A stretch of DNA of 64,000 nucleotides from Lytechinus pictus (taxonomy: Eukaryota). Made by a program: the position numbers and the translations under genes. Within the stretch, counting starts at the first letter, position 1. Each line of letters opens with the position of its first letter. The DNA lies in assembly GCF_037042905.1 (NCBI RefSeq), contig NC_087253.1, forward strand, positions 8,804,001 to 8,868,000, given 5' to 3'. Under the pieces are notes generated by a model. That model worked only from the letters and a program-made list of their open reading frames with translations. It was not told where the DNA came from and made no database searches. This document shows positions 22,524-36,760 of the stretch, piece by piece.

Positions 22524-24930
22524 TTAACTATAAAATACTTTCAGACCCTTATCAAAGAGAAATGTGAAATTGGCCGATCATGTAAAATTCAATTTATTTG
22601 ACATAACAGGAAAATACATAGTTTTATGCATTTCTACGCTAAACGATTTTAGTATTTTACATTTGCTTCTCAATTGGCCAGAATTCGTGATGTCATGCCG
22701 TGTTAGGAAGATTGTGGTAAGCATGACTAAAATTGGTTTGAAAATCTTGATTGTTATTCATTATTCTTTCCAGATTAGGCCTATATTCAATAGGCCTATC
22801 ACCATATGAAAATTTCATGAAAATCATTTCCTGCATAAAACTGGCATTATTGTGCTTGGTAGCTTTGTTTTCTATTTCTAAATGTAACTCCGGTTGTTCG
22901 GTCTTCTAATTTAGTAGATGAATTAATATTGTATGATGTGGTTATGGGGTCCGTTGCATAAAAGTCACTATTGTGTTAACTTTGCCATCCAATGGTAACT
23001 ACTATACCATGGTAACGATGATCAACAACCAATCAAAATCAAGGATTCAATGCAGGTTACCATTGCATGTCAAGGTTACCATAATGGTTGCTTTTTTGCA
23101 ACAGGGCCCTGGTATTCTTTGTTACTTTTTAGAAGGAAACAGGGTAAAATAAGTTGCGATGGAAATTTTGCTTGAAATAAGAAAGAAAGATATTCTGACT
23201 TTTAGTATAAACCGAAGCTTAATACGCCACTGGTCTGAGGGTCCCTTTTGTCATTTTTAATAAAAAATACTGGCAATAGTTATGATGCAACATAGTACTG
23301 AACGTGTAGCGCATGAGTTTTCATTTCTCAGTCTTTTCTCAAAATGTCACCTGGATCAGGCTTGAAATCAATTGGTCATAATAACCCAATTCACCCTTTC
23401 AAAATATTCATGAGATTAAATACAGAAAATACAAGAAAGCTCACATTGCAAATAAGATAAAAATCGGATAAATAAAGATTTATGACATTCTATTTTTTTT
23501 TTTTTTTTTTTTTTTACAAATGTATTCACACATCAGTGATCTACATATCATTGGCGGTAATGTAGATTACGCAGATGAAGGAAACTTTAAAAGTGTCATA
23601 ATAATCTAGAACGATTTTGATGAAATATTAATGAGCATTTTGAGTTTTCTTATGTTATTCAGGAAATTAATTTGTTACCCTGGGTAAAATATGACATTAT
23701 CATCACTAAATCTATTTAAATCAGTTTGTTTTGTCGACGGACGTGGTCATACAGAGTGTTGATTAGAATGTATAGAGGGGCAGTTGGGGTGGGGAGAATA
23801 AGAGAGACGAGAGAGAGAGAGAAAGAGAGAGAGCGTGATAAAGAGGGGGGGAGATAGAGGGATGATTGCGTGTTACCATATTTATTACATAATGTAAATG
23901 ATTTCCTCAATTAATATCATTTTGTTGTTGGATTTCTCAATAAAACGCCTATACTATATTCTAATGGTGAAACCCGGGATAACATAAGACGAAACAAAAG
24001 AGCCACCCCCCAAAAAAGTCCTCACCAATTTTTATGATATTAAAGGTCAAGTCCACCCCCAGAAAAAAAAGTTGAATAAATAGAAAAAAAATCAAGCTAG
24101 TATAACACTGAAAATTTTATCAAAATCGAATGTAAAAAAAAGTTATGACATTTTAAAGTTTCGCTTATTTTTAACAAAACAGTTATTTGCACAATTCAGT
24201 AAAATGTAAATGAGACACTCGATTACGACCCTCCCTCACTAATCATTTTGCTTTTTATTGTTTGAATATTTCATTTTTTTATAGATTTGGCAATACGGAC
24301 CAACTTGACTGACAATGAGTAGAACATTTTCAAATTTCATATAATAAAATACAAATATTAAAAAAAATTGATAGTGGATGACTTGCATACCGACCAGGAT
24401 GTGTGTGTGTACGTCTCTGAGCTGTGTGTTTATTGCAGAAAATGGCGCAAATTTTGCAATTCGAAAGAAGAAATTAATGATATTGCTTTTTTGTCTCTTT
24501 TTCTTTTCTATATTTTGATGGTGAAATATGGGGAATCTTTCTAAAATATAATTTCCATAGGAGAATTTTGCTTGCCCGATTCTTTGCTTCAAAACACTTG
24601 CCCGACTCTAACTTTTACTTGCCCCGGGCAATCGGGCCAGCGCTTATGTCGCACCCTGCTCTAAGGTGCATTTCCCTTTTCAACATATCCGGTGGAATGT
24701 TTTACCTTTCATTTTTTTATTTGATTAAAATGTATTTCCTAAACACCTTCACAGGAGAAAACGGCGAATATTTGTCATTGAAAATAATTTTTTGGGAGGG
24801 CTAATTTGAGATGTCATAGGGATGTTGAAGGGTTGCATCGACTATATCGATCTTGTACAAGCTTTATATAATCATGATGATAAAAGAAGAAAAAAAAATT
24901 GAAATAAACAACGTTTCATTACGAAGTTAC

Positions 24931-25332
24931 CTCCTGGCGATTCAGTTGAACTTATATTAGGCTCAGTCGTTGATACTGTTGGTGGTGACGAAATGATATC
25001 TGAGTCATTTGTTATCATCTGCCCTTCTGTCGATATCATCATCGAAGTGTTTTCAGCGTCACTTGTCGTATCGGACACTGTCATCGTCGAAGTCGTAGAT
25101 ATCGTTGCATTGTCCGAGACATTGAACATGGTTGTTGGCAATGTCGTCGATGATGATATATTGTCTGTTGTAAAGACCATGGTCGATGACGTCACATTTT
25201 CTTTAGTATTCGACATCGTTGCGGACACCGGGTCAGTAGTCGTTGAATTATCGGCAGTAACCATCGATTTTGTTGAATTCATCGTTGTTGAGCCCAATCC
25301 ACTCGAAGAAGTTGGCGAACCGGTATCAGATT
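24931..25332 (-). CDS. Second coding exon of a Thr/Ser-rich mucin-like secreted or membrane protein
   Basis: Acceptor TTCAG and donor G|GTAACT; 402 nt, phase 1-1; T/S/D-rich with N-x-S/T sequons; phase-compatible with the exon at 29491..30082. Confidence 0.75.
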
Positions 25333-25834
25333 CTGAAGTTTTAAATAGATATTCTTTCATTACGTACGATTTTGGTATAACACATGAGAGTGTCGCTCGG
25401 AAGAAGGGGGTATGGGCGCTGCGGGGGGGGGGGCGGGCGGGCGGGCTTCTAAGTAATTAATTCAAAGGGTCGTAAATAGACTTGAAATTGTGAGAATTCA
25501 ACATAATAAAAAAAAAACGGGTTTCCTGCACCATTTTCGTAAAGAGTATGAGATGAGATAGAGTCACCCTTAGTTGTTGTTTTTGTTGATGTGTGTGTGG
25601 GCGTTTCATGTGTGATAAGCATCATAGGCCATGCACCGCTTTTAAGCCGTTCACAGTAAGAAACTGAAAGTCATGCCCAGCTTTAGTCAACATCCACAAT
25701 ACCGAGTATCGAGGATTTTATTCATCGAAAGTTAAAGATCGATACGTTGCAAAAGTAACATCAAAATCGTATTAGGAATGTGTGCAATGGAGGGTACAAA
25801 ATTGAAAATTCGATAAAGGCCACTGCAGACCCTA

Positions 25835-26778
25835 CAGGGCGATTCCATACGTGTCATACGTGTCAACAATTTCTTGTCTCTTAGCTGATTGCTGGAGCAA
25901 TAAAAACTATTTTTGGTCAATAATAAAGTTAAAGTGGGTATAGTCATGTGAAAAACGGATTACCAACAAAAAATATTTGATTATGGCTGAATTAATATGG
26001 CATATCACTTAAAGACCTTAGCTCTCTTCAACTCCTTCAAAATAAAGCAGCAAAGCTTATACACTTTAAATCAAAGTATAACCATGTCTCTCCTCTTTGA
26101 TCTCCATTGGCTCCATGTTAATGATCGTATCAAACATAAAACCTTAACTCTAACTTCATGAACTTATAAATGTTTTAACAATCAAGCCCCAACATATTCA
26201 CCTGACCTTCTCTTTGCACACACATCCAAATACAACACATGCTCGGTACCTCGTACTGCTAAACAATTAGGTGATAGGGCCTTTTCTACCGTTGCCCCTA
26301 AAACATGGAACTCCTTGCCGCCTTCACTAAAGACTTCCCCAACACTTTCCTCATTTAAGAAATGTCTAAAAACTTACCATTCTAATTTTTCTGTACGGTT
26401 TCCATATAATGTTCATAATTTTGTAGTTATTATTTTTATGTTTCACACTCCCTATTTGTGTTCTGTTATTCTTTCTTTTGATAATGCGCTTTGTATCTGA
26501 TGAAAAGGCGCTATATAAATGAAGTGTATTATCATTATATTATTAAGGGCGAAAATATTGTGTGTCGTACGGGACTCAGAAATGTCCCGTACGACACGCA
26601 ACATTTTCACCTCTAATTCACCCATGGACAGCTTATTTGTTTTGGTTGTCATTTTTTCATATGTCTTCCCAGTTACTCTATAATTACCACAAAACAAATT
26701 GAAGTTCTTCGTTTGTTTGGACAATAGGTTGAAAAATGTTGCGAAAATAGCTGATTTTTCTAGCATGGAATCGCCCTA
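25835..26778. mobile_element. Non-autonomous DNA transposon with an inserted L2 fragment
   Basis: TIR AGGGCGATTCCAT / ATGGAATCGCCCT; no clear TSD. Confidence 0.55.
26080..26545 (+). mobile_element. L2 LINE 3' fragment
   Basis: LHWLHVNDRIKHK, GDRAFSTVAPKTWNSLP, FKKCLKTY, and a GGCGCTATATAAAT...(TTA)n-type tail. Confidence 0.75.
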
Positions 26779-27521
26779 TTGTAATAGCTCGAATACGGGG
26801 GGGGGGGGGGGTGAGTAGTCATTGATCATGTAAATGCATTCCTGAAAAAAATGCAATTGTGTTCATTGTTGAATCAGGCCAACCCTGGAAAAAAGCCAAC
26901 CTTTACGGCAATCCCACGACAGTGTAATATACATTATTCTCTCGTTATCGTACTTCCTCTTTGTAATCGTCGACATACTTGCATGGATCGCTATTGTTGA
27001 CAAAACCATAATTTCAGAAGAAAATGCAAATAAGAGGTTGGAACATTTAATGTACCATTTTGAGGCAAATTCTATGCTAAAGTAAAAAGAAATACTACCA
27101 AAAATGATTTATTTAAATCGTTAAAAAATATAGAATCCAGTCTTGTAATATTGCAAACATTTTTTAGGGGGTTGAATTTTGATAAAATGCAATATTTTGC
27201 AGGCCCCGTTCCAGAAGTGTTTTTTTTAAGGTAGGGGGCATGGAAAAGGAGGAAAAGGGCAAACATCAGAAGTCATCAAAGTAGGAAGATACATTGTAAG
27301 TGCCAACTGCCAATGTGTTTTCACTAATACTTCCTTTCTACTGGAAATTGTACTCTTTTCAATATCTCGGGAGACAAATTATTCATTTTTTAGATATTAG
27401 GAGTGGTTTTTTTTTATCGTCATAACATCTTTAAATCATAATAAAAAAAAAAAATTGAAAAAGAATATGTACATTTTGGTCACCAATTTGTTAAATTTAT
27501 ATTTTTTCGGTATCACCTTAA

Positions 27522-28022
27522 AGGGGAAGTTCATTCTGACAAAAAAAAGTTTATTGTAAAAATAGAAGAAAAAATAATAAAAAATAATGCCAAAGGTTTG
27601 AGAAAAATCCATAAAAGAATTTAAAACGTTTGTAGAATTTTAATTATTTGATTTGTGACGTCATATGCGATAAGTTTTGCTACACATCGAATTGTAAAAG
27701 AAATCAATGAAATGTCATTTTCTTAGAAAATTGAAAATGTTTTTTGCTGTACCTTCAGTATATCAATAGACAAACCGTGACACCTGTTCCTAAAAAGAAA
27801 CCGAAAATAGTCTCTACGAACCATTAAAGAATTGAAATGCATAAGCATTTTATATTACATAACGCATCGGACAGCTGCTTGTTTATGACGTCACAAATCC
27901 AAAACTTGAAATTCTAATATTAATTTAACCTTTAATAGATTTTCCTCAAATCTTTTCCAATATTTTTTATTACCTTTTCTGCTATTTCTACAACAAACTG
28001 TTCTTCGGGGTGACCTTCCACT
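27522..28022. mobile_element. TTAA-flanked Kolobok-like MITE
   Basis: TTAA|AGGGGAAGTTCA ... TGACCTTCCACT|TTAA with long imperfect inverted arms. Confidence 0.7.
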
Positions 28023-29490
28023 TTAATTCTGTCATAATCACAAACACGTTCAATTTATGTAAGAGCTGACGCAGCAGGCAAAAAACATGATCATAGAAGA
28101 TGTGAAAACATTGTGATCAAAATACAAATTGGTTGAATAGACACATGGAATTATTTGAACCAGTGTTTCCACTTTGAAGGAAATTTCCCGAAATCCGGAT
28201 CATTTTCAGGTAATTTTCGGGGAAATGAACAAATTCTAGGAAATTCCGGGAAATCAGAAAATTACAATCAAACGTAGCAACTTTCAATATTCATGTAAAA
28301 AAAATGTTTGCCTTATACGTAGCTCAAAATTTTCTACTCGCGCTCCGCGCTCACATTTTGTAATTTTGCTATTTTCAATTAAAAAGTGCATTTAACAAAA
28401 AAGGTTAAATTCCTTGATTTTGGTCACTTGGACCAAGTTTTGGCTCGCTTTGTTATTGCCCGATTTTTCTTTAAAAAATAAAGTTTCAAGATTCCGGAAA
28501 ATGTCTATGAATTTCAGGAAATTTGAGATTCTGTTTCGAGAAATCTCTTGCTGAATTCCTTGGACTTTATCATACTTTTTCATTTTGTCATTGTAAAATT
28601 ATACATGCTACATGCAGGCGTAAAACATAGGAAACTGCGTGTAAGATTTGTTTTTATTATTATCATAAGCGTCCATCCAGATTCCAGCAAACCGAATTGA
28701 TATTTTATTTAGAATCTAGGATTCGCTCTTATTTTATAAACGTTCACTTAGTTGAACATTGAGGTGTCCAGAAACCACTGAACAGGCCTACCCAGCAGTA
28801 TGAAATAAATAAAATATCATAAATAATAGACAAAATAATAAATAAAGACAAACAAACCCAACTCTCCTCACACTTCTACAGATACATGCGCTTAAAAAAA
28901 AATCAGTGATCAAAGGATAGCTAGTTTGTGTTAAAAAAAAAACAATACGAACATGTAACATGACTAGGGAGGATTTGCAAGAAAATATTTGCAATAATCT
29001 GCAAATTTTCAAGTTATAAGTCAAATTTAACTGAAGCAAATCAATTAATAAAATAGTTATTGATGCAAGAAGCAGACCAGGGCCCCGTCTTACAAAAACT
29101 TACGATTGATCAGATCAATCTCAAATATATGGAAATCTATCATTGTTTTCTTTAGGAACTTCATTCTATTTTCATTGAAAACAACAAGAAGCATTCCGAT
29201 TTGTCAAGAAAACAGTGAATGTGTGAATATACGTCATTTATGTAAAATATTTTGAACCAACAAGTATTTTAGATATTGATGCTGTTGGCTTTCCATAGTT
29301 ACGATTGATCAAATCAATCGCAACTCTTTGTAAGACGGGATTCAACATTTCAAGTGCAAATTTACAATTAATTGTAAGACTGAATATGGTTGATTTTAGG
29401 ACCAATAATTGACCTGTAATCGATTGCAAATTTCTTGCGAAACCCCATATGAGTTAAAAATTAATTGAAATCAAAGAAACTGCACATTAC

Positions 29491-30082
29491 CAGTTGTTGA
29501 TGGCAACATCGTGGTAGTATTCATGTCCACTGTGGCCATGGTGGGGGATGTTGTATTGTCGGGTTCTGTAGTATTACTGTTTATTGTGGTCATGATGGAA
29601 GTAGGGGTTGTGACATTCATGGTAACACCTGTTGTAGAACTCCCTGAATCTGTGGTAGCGGTGGTATCTGAATCCGTTGCGTTATTTGTTGCGGTGAACT
29701 CTGCGTCAGTGGTTGATGTAGGAGTTGTTTCATTCATGGTACCATCTGTTGTAGAACTCCCTGAATCTGTGGTAGTGGTGGTATCTGTGGTAGTGGTATC
29801 CGTTGCGTTATATGTTGTGAAGGACCCAGCGTCAGTGGTATTCGATGTTGTCATGATTTGGGTAGATGTTGTCGAGGAGTATGTGGATGAAGACTCCATG
29901 CCAGACGTTGGGATAGGAGACATTGTTTCTGTTGTGTCGACAGTAGCATCCATTGTTGATGGAGAAGTGTTAGTACCATTTGTAGGCATGTCAGTTGTGG
30001 TTGTTGCCGCGATATCCAACGAAGAATATGATACGATTAAAACTAGGACAGCCACCCGCCTTGCAATCCGGCAGCTAACCAT
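29491..30082 (-). CDS. Mucin-like gene first coding exon, copy 1 (signal peptide + Thr-rich stalk)
   Basis: Kozak CCACCATG; MVSCRIARRVAVLVLIVSYSSLDIA signal peptide; Thr-rich; donor G|GTAATG (phase 1); acceptor TTTATAG 20 nt upstream of the ATG. Confidence 0.8.
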
Positions 30083-31430
30083 GGTGGTGGACTTTCCTCA
30101 ATCTATAAAGCAATCAAAGATTTTAAAACAATGAACTAAGTTGTATTTTTTTTAATAACATAACGATTTAAGAAGCATGCAAAGGTTGCCACTATAAGCT
30201 CAGCTTTACTGCGTGGCAACCCCGGAAAACAATATCAAATTATAATTAATAATGCTGTCTTAAAGTAAGAGTGCAGATGTATACAACCGCGTAGCCAGGA
30301 TTTCATTTTGGAGGAGGCGGTAAATGGACGCGAAGCGTGCCAACACTTACAGAGCGCGCGAAGCGCGCTCCCTAGGTGGTGGGTGCAGGGAGAAGCTTTT
30401 GGTGTTTTGGTGTTTCATAAATTAAAATGAAAAGGAGCCGTCTCTCTTGTCTCTAGTACCTATATCAGCTCCAATTCAGTTGATTATATTGTTATTTTGA
30501 ACCTTGTTTTCATGAACCTTGTATTAAAAAAAAAATTGTGAACGCACAAAAAATGAATACAATGGAGGAAATTAAAATAATAATAACCCCGCGCGAAGCG
30601 CGGAAGCTTTAGCGTTTTATCAAATTTTTTGCCATGAAAAGGGTCCCGAGAAAAGGGTATTCTCAAACATAAATTATATTGAGTACTTCCCCTGGAAAGA
30701 TCAGATTTGATTACAAACAATTTAGCGACAGTGCATATCTTTAACTCGCAAAACAGAGGAGGAGAAGTGTATATGCCGGGGGAAGATATTCCTCCCCGCG
30801 CAGAGCAACGAAACTCTGAAATTTCAAAGGGCGGACGTTTCATCAAATGCAGATATCTCCAATACCCCATCGGCTCTGATTTAATTAATTTTCTAAGATT
30901 ATTGAACTTCATTACACGGAAAATAGTGCGCAAAAAGTTGAAACTTCTGTGATTTATTGAAATTATATAAAAAAGGATGCCTAATTTCTTTGACTTATCC
31001 TGAAGCGCTTCATTTTGAATTATAAAGAAACTTAAAAGACATTCAACATTTCAAACTGAAGGCGAAAAACAGGACATGAGATGAATGCGCAGGGACATGA
31101 AGTTTAATAGAATTTGATAAAGAATATTGTACTTTTTTATTTAATACGACACAAATTTTATACCTTCCTCTTTTTAAATTAGGAACCTGTTTGCCCCAAA
31201 ATTATGGTTGTTTAGTAATGAGTTGAAAAGCGGAAGAAGTTGCCTTCATGGAGGTGACGGCAGAAATTGATATAAATATTTTACCCGCCCGGAGCCGACC
31301 CGACCAGAAGTTGCGCGATCAATAAAAAAAAAGATAACTTCATATACTTGGGCCTAACCTTACTCTAATTCTATGCCCTAATGTATACATTTGAACTTTA
31401 ACTGGCAAGAAAAACATATTGCTGAGGTGG

Positions 31431-31668
31431 GCTGAGCCTTACTTACACTAACTTCCCTTTGTGTCTGCCTACTCCTTTTCTTTCATCCCCTTCACTAACC
31501 TGATTGGTCTTCTCTACTCACTAATGCCCATTTTGTCTCCTTGTTTCTAGTGTTGCTGTAGCTTGTTTGTGGTCTATATTATGGTTGTTCCACTTTCTAT
31601 GTTTGTCATTTTGCCTCCGACGAAGATTCTGCTAGGATCGAAAGCTTAGGCCCCTTTTTGACTTTATA
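31431..31668 (+). mobile_element. 238-bp junction spacer, probable Penelope-like retroelement terminal fragment (also 35066..35303 and 38899..39136)
   Basis: Found only between array copies, not at the outer flanks; pyrimidine-rich and ends in a hammerhead-like motif. Confidence 0.6.
31613..31651 (+). ncRNA. Minimal type I hammerhead ribozyme-like motif
   Basis: GCCU-CCGACGA-A-GAUUCU/GCU/AGGAUC-GAAA-GC-UU-AGGC: stem I GCCU/AGGC, core variant of CUGANGA (U4->C), 6-bp stem II, GAAA, palindromic AGCU stem III. Confidence 0.6.
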
Positions 31669-33125
31669 ATAATCACAAACACGTTCAATTTATATAAGAG
31701 CTGACGCAGCAGGCAAAAAACATGATCATAGAAGATGTGAAAACATTGTGATCAAAATACAAATTGGTTGAATAGACACATGGAATTATTTGAACCAGTG
31801 TTTCCACTTTGAAGGAAATTTCCCGAAATCCGGATCATTTTCAGGTAATTTTCGGGGAAATTAACAAATTCTAGGAAATTCCGGGAAATCAGAAAATTAC
31901 AATCAAACGTAGCAACTTTCAATATTCATGTAAAAAAAATGTTTGCCTTATACGTAGCTCAAAATTTTCTGCTCGCGCTCCGCGCTCACATTTTGTAATT
32001 TTGCTATTTCCAATTAAAAAGTGCATTTAACAAAAAAGGTTAAATTCCTTGATTTTGGTCACTTGGACCAAGTTTTGGCTCGCTTTGCTATTGCCCGATT
32101 TTTCTTTAAAAAATAAAGTTTCAAAATTCCGGGAAATGTCTATGAATTTCAGGAAATTTGAGATTCTGTTTCGAGAAATCTCTTGCTGAATTCCTTGGAC
32201 TTTATCATACTTTTTCATTTTGTCATTGTAAAATTATACATGCTACATGCAGGCGTAAAACATAGGAAACTGCGTGTAAGATTCGTTTTTATTATTATCA
32301 TAAGCGTCCATCCAGATTCCAGCAAACCGAATTGATATTTTATTTAGAATCTAGGATTCGCTCTTATTTTATAAACGTTCACTTAGTTGAACATTGAGGT
32401 GTCCAGAAACCAATGAACAGGCCTACCCAGCAGTATGAAATAAATAAAATATCATAAATAATAGACAAAATAATAAATAAAGACAAACAAACCCAACTCT
32501 CCTCACACTTCTACAGATACATGCGCTTAAAAAAAAATAAGTGATCAAAAGATAGCTAGTTTGTGTTAAAAAAAAAACAATACGAACATGTAACATGACT
32601 AGGGAGGATTTGCAAGAAAATATTTGCAATAATCTGCAAATTTTCAAGTTATAAGTCAAATTTAACTGAAGCAAATCAATTAATAAAATAGTTATTGATG
32701 CAAGAAGTAGACCAGGGCCCCGTCTTACAAAAACTTACGATTGATCAGATCAATCTCAAATATATGGAAATCTATCATTGTTTTCTTTAGGAACTTCATT
32801 CTATTTTCATTGAAAACAACAAGAAGCATTCCGATTTGTCAAGAAAACAGTGAATGTGTGAATATACGTCATTTATGTAAAATATTTTGAACCAACAAGT
32901 ATTTTAGATATTGATGCTGTTGGCTTTCCATAGTTACGATTGATCAAATCAATCGCAACTCTTTGTAAGACGGGATTCAACATTTCAAGTGCAAATTTAC
33001 AATTAATTGTAAGACTGAATATGGTTGATTTTAGGACCAATAATTGACCTGTAATCGATTGCAAATTTCTTGCGAAACCCCATATGAGTTAAAAATTAAT
33101 TGAAATCAAAGAAACTGCACATTAC

Positions 33126-33717
33126 CAGTTGTTGATGGCAACATCGTGGTAGTATTCATGTCCACTGTGGCCATGGTGGGGGATGTTGTATTGTCGGGTT
33201 CTGTAGTATTACTGTTTATTGTGGTCATGATGGAAGTAGGGGTTGTGACATTCATGGTAACACCTGTTGTAGAACTCCCTGAATCTGTGGTAGCGGTGGT
33301 ATCTGAATCCGTTGCGTTATTTGTTGCGGTGAACTCTGCGTCAGTGGTTGATGTAGGAGTTGTTTCATTCATGGTACCATCTGTTGTAGAACTCCCTGAA
33401 TCTGTGGTAGTGGTGGTATCTGTGGTAGTGGTATCCGTTGCGTTATATGTTGTGAAGGACCCAGCGTCAGTGGTATTCGATGTTGTCATGATTTGGGTAG
33501 ATGTTGTCGAGGAGTATGTGGATGAAGACTCCATGCCAGACGTTGGGATAGGAGACATTGTTTCTGTTGTGTCGACAGTAGCATCCATTGTTGATGGAGA
33601 AGTGTTAGTACCATTTGTAGGCATGTCAGTTGTGGTTGTTGCCGCGATATCCAACGAAGAATATGATACGATTAAAACTAGGACAGCCACCCGCCTTGCA
33701 ATCCGGCAGCTAACCAT
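33126..33717 (-). CDS. Mucin-like first coding exon, copy 2
   Basis: Same translation and splice sites as copy 1. Confidence 0.7.
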
Positions 33718-35247
33718 GGTGGTGGACTTTCCTCAATCTATAAAGCAATCAAAGATTTTAAAACAATGAACTAAGTTGTATTTTTTTTAATAACATAACG
33801 ATTTAAGAAGCATGCAAAGGTTGCCACTATAAGCTCAGCTTTACTGCGTGGCAACCCCGGAAAACAATATCAAATTATATTTAATAATGCTGTCTTAAAG
33901 TAAGAGTGCAGATGTATACAACCGCGTAGCCAGGATTTCATTTTGGAGGAGGCGGTAAATGGACGCGAAGCGTGCCAACACTTACAGAGCGCGCGAAGCG
34001 CGCTCCCTAGGTGGTGGGTGCAGGGAGAAGCTTTTGGTGTTTTGGTGTTTCATAAATTAAAATGAAAAGGAGCCGTCTCTCTTGTCTCTAGTACCTATAT
34101 CAGCTCCAATTCAGTTGATTATATTGTTATTTTGAACCTTGTTTTCATGAACCTTGTATTAAAAAAAAAATTGTGAACGCACAAAAAATGAATACAATGG
34201 AGGAAATTAAAATAATAATAACCCCGCGCGAAGCGCGGAAGCTTTAGCGTTTTATCAAATTTTTTGCCATGAAAAGGGTCCCGAGAAAAGGGTATTCTCA
34301 AACATAAATTATATTGAGTACTTCCCCTGGAAAGATCAGATTTGATTACAAACAATTTAGCGACAGTGCATATCTTTAACTCGCAAAACAGAGGAGGAGA
34401 AGTGTATATGCCGGGGGAAGATATTCCTCCCCGCGCAGAGCAACGAAACTCTGAAATTTCAAAGGGCGGACGTTTCATCAAATGCAGATATCTCCAATAC
34501 CCCATCGGCTCTGATTTAATTAATTTTCTAAGATTATTGAACTTCATTACACGGAAAATAGTGCGCAAAAAGTTGAAACTTCTGTGATTTATTGAAATTA
34601 TATAAAAAAGGATGCCTAATTTCTTTGACTTATCCTGAAGCGCTTCATTTTGAATTATAAAGAAACTTAAAAGACATTCAACATTTCAAACTGAAGGCGA
34701 AAAACAGGACATGAGATGAATGCGCAGGGACATGAAGTTTAATAGAATTTGATAAAGAATATTGTACTTTTTTATTTAATACGACACAAATTTTATACCT
34801 TCCTCTTTTTAAATTAGGAACCTGTTTGCCCCAAAATTATGGTTGTTTAGTAATGAGTTGAAAAGCGGAAGAAGTTGCCTTCATGGAGGTGACGGCAGAA
34901 ATTGATATAAATATTTTACCCGCCCGGAGCCGACCCGACCAGAAGTTGCGCGATCAATAAAAAAAAAGATAACTTCATATACTTGGGCCTAACCTTACTC
35001 TAATTCTATGCCCTAATGTATACATTTGAACTTTAACTGGCAAGAAAAACATATTGCTGAGGTGGGCTGAGCCTTACTTACACTAACTTCCCTTTGTGTC
35101 TGCCTACTCCTTTTCTTTCATCCCCTTCACTAACCTGATTGGTCTTCTCTACTCACTAATGCCCATTTTGTCTCCTTGTTTCTAGTGTTGCTGTAGCTTG
35201 TTTGTGGTCTATATTATGGTTGTTCCACTTTCTATGTTTGTCATTTT

Positions 35248-35286
35248 GCCTCCGACGAAGATTCTGCTAGGATCGAAAGCTTAGGC
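35248..35286 (+). ncRNA. Hammerhead-like motif, junction 2
   Basis: Identical to 31613..31651. Confidence 0.6.
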
Positions 35287-36760
35287 CCCTTTTTGACTTT
35301 ATAATAATCACAAACACGTTCAATTTATATAAGAGCTGACGCAGCAGGCAAAAAACATGATCATAGAAGATGTGAAAACATTGTGATCAAAATACAAATT
35401 GGTTGAATAGACACATGGAATTATTTGAACCAGTGTTTCCACTTTGAAGGAAATTTCCCGAAATCCGGATCATTTTCAGGTAATTTTCGGGGAAATTAAC
35501 AAATTCTAGGAAATTCCGGGAAATCAGAAAATTACAATCAAACGTAGCAACTTTCAATATTCATGTAAAAAAAATGTTTGCCTTATACGTAGCTCAAAAT
35601 TTTCTGCTCGCGCTCCGCGCTCACATTTTGTAATTTTGCTATTTCCAATTAAAAAGTGCATTTAACAAAAAAGGTTAAATTCCTTGATTTTGGTCACTTG
35701 GACCAAGTTTTGGCTCGCTTTGCTATTGCCCGATTTTTCTTTAAAAAATAAAGTTTCAAAATTCCGGGAAATGTCTATGAATTTCAGGAAATTTGAGATT
35801 CTGTTTCGAGAAATCTCTTGCTGAATTCCTTGGACTTTATCATACTTTTTCATTTTGTCATTGTAAAATTATACATGCTACATGCAGGCGTAAAACATAG
35901 GAAACTGCGTGTAAGATTCGTTTTTATTATTATCATAAGCGTCCATCCAGATTCCAGCAAACCGAATTGATATTTTATTTAGAATCTAGGATTCGCTCTT
36001 ATTTTATAAACGTTCACTTAGTTGAACATTGAGGTGTCCAGAAACCAATGAACAGGCCTACCCAGCAGTATGAAATAAATAAAATATCATAAATAATAGA
36101 CAAAATAATAAATAAAGACAAACAAACCCAACTCTCCTCACACTTCTACAGATACATGCGCTTAAAAAAAAATAAGTGATCAAAAGATAGCTAGTTTGTG
36201 TTAAAAAAAAAACAATACGAACATGTAACATGACTAGGGAGGATTTGCAAGAAAATATTTGCAATAATCTGCAAATTTTCAAGTTATAAGTCAAATTTAA
36301 CTGAAGCAAATCAATTAATAAAATAGTTATTGATGCAAGAAGTAGACCAGGGCCCCGTCTTACAAAAACTTACGATTGATCAGATCAATCTCAAATATAT
36401 GGAAATCTATCATTGTTTTCTTTAGGAACTTCATTCTATTTTCATTGAAAACAACAAGAAGCATTCCGATTTGTCAAGAAAACAGTGAATGTGTGAATAT
36501 ACGTCATTTATGTAAAATATTTTGAACCAACAAGTATTTTAGATATTGATGCTGTTGGCTTTCCATAGTTACGATTGATCAAATCAATCGCAACTCTTTG
36601 TAAGACGGGATTCAACATTTCAAGTGCAAATTTACAATTAATTGTAAGACTGAATATGGTTGATTTTAGGACCAATAATTGACCTGTAATCGATTGCAAA
36701 TTTCTTGCGAAACCCCATATGAGTTAAAAATTAATTGAAATCAAAGAAACTGCACATTAC

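Larger units (their letters stand above)
18551..24400 (+). repeat. Segmental duplicate of 5621..8589 plus 13307..15110 (fucosyltransferase locus)
   Basis: Colinear near-identity from TACGTTTTACATCC (5621/18551) to GAAAAGCCAT (8589/21507), and again from TTGCTTCTCA (~13307/~22663) to GACCAGGATGT (~15110/~24400). Confidence 0.9.

Noticed and set aside
29511-30134. Val-rich plus-strand ORFs (also 24993..25460 and the array copies)
   Set aside because: Antisense shadows of the Thr-rich exons; the minus strand has the signal peptide and splice sites.
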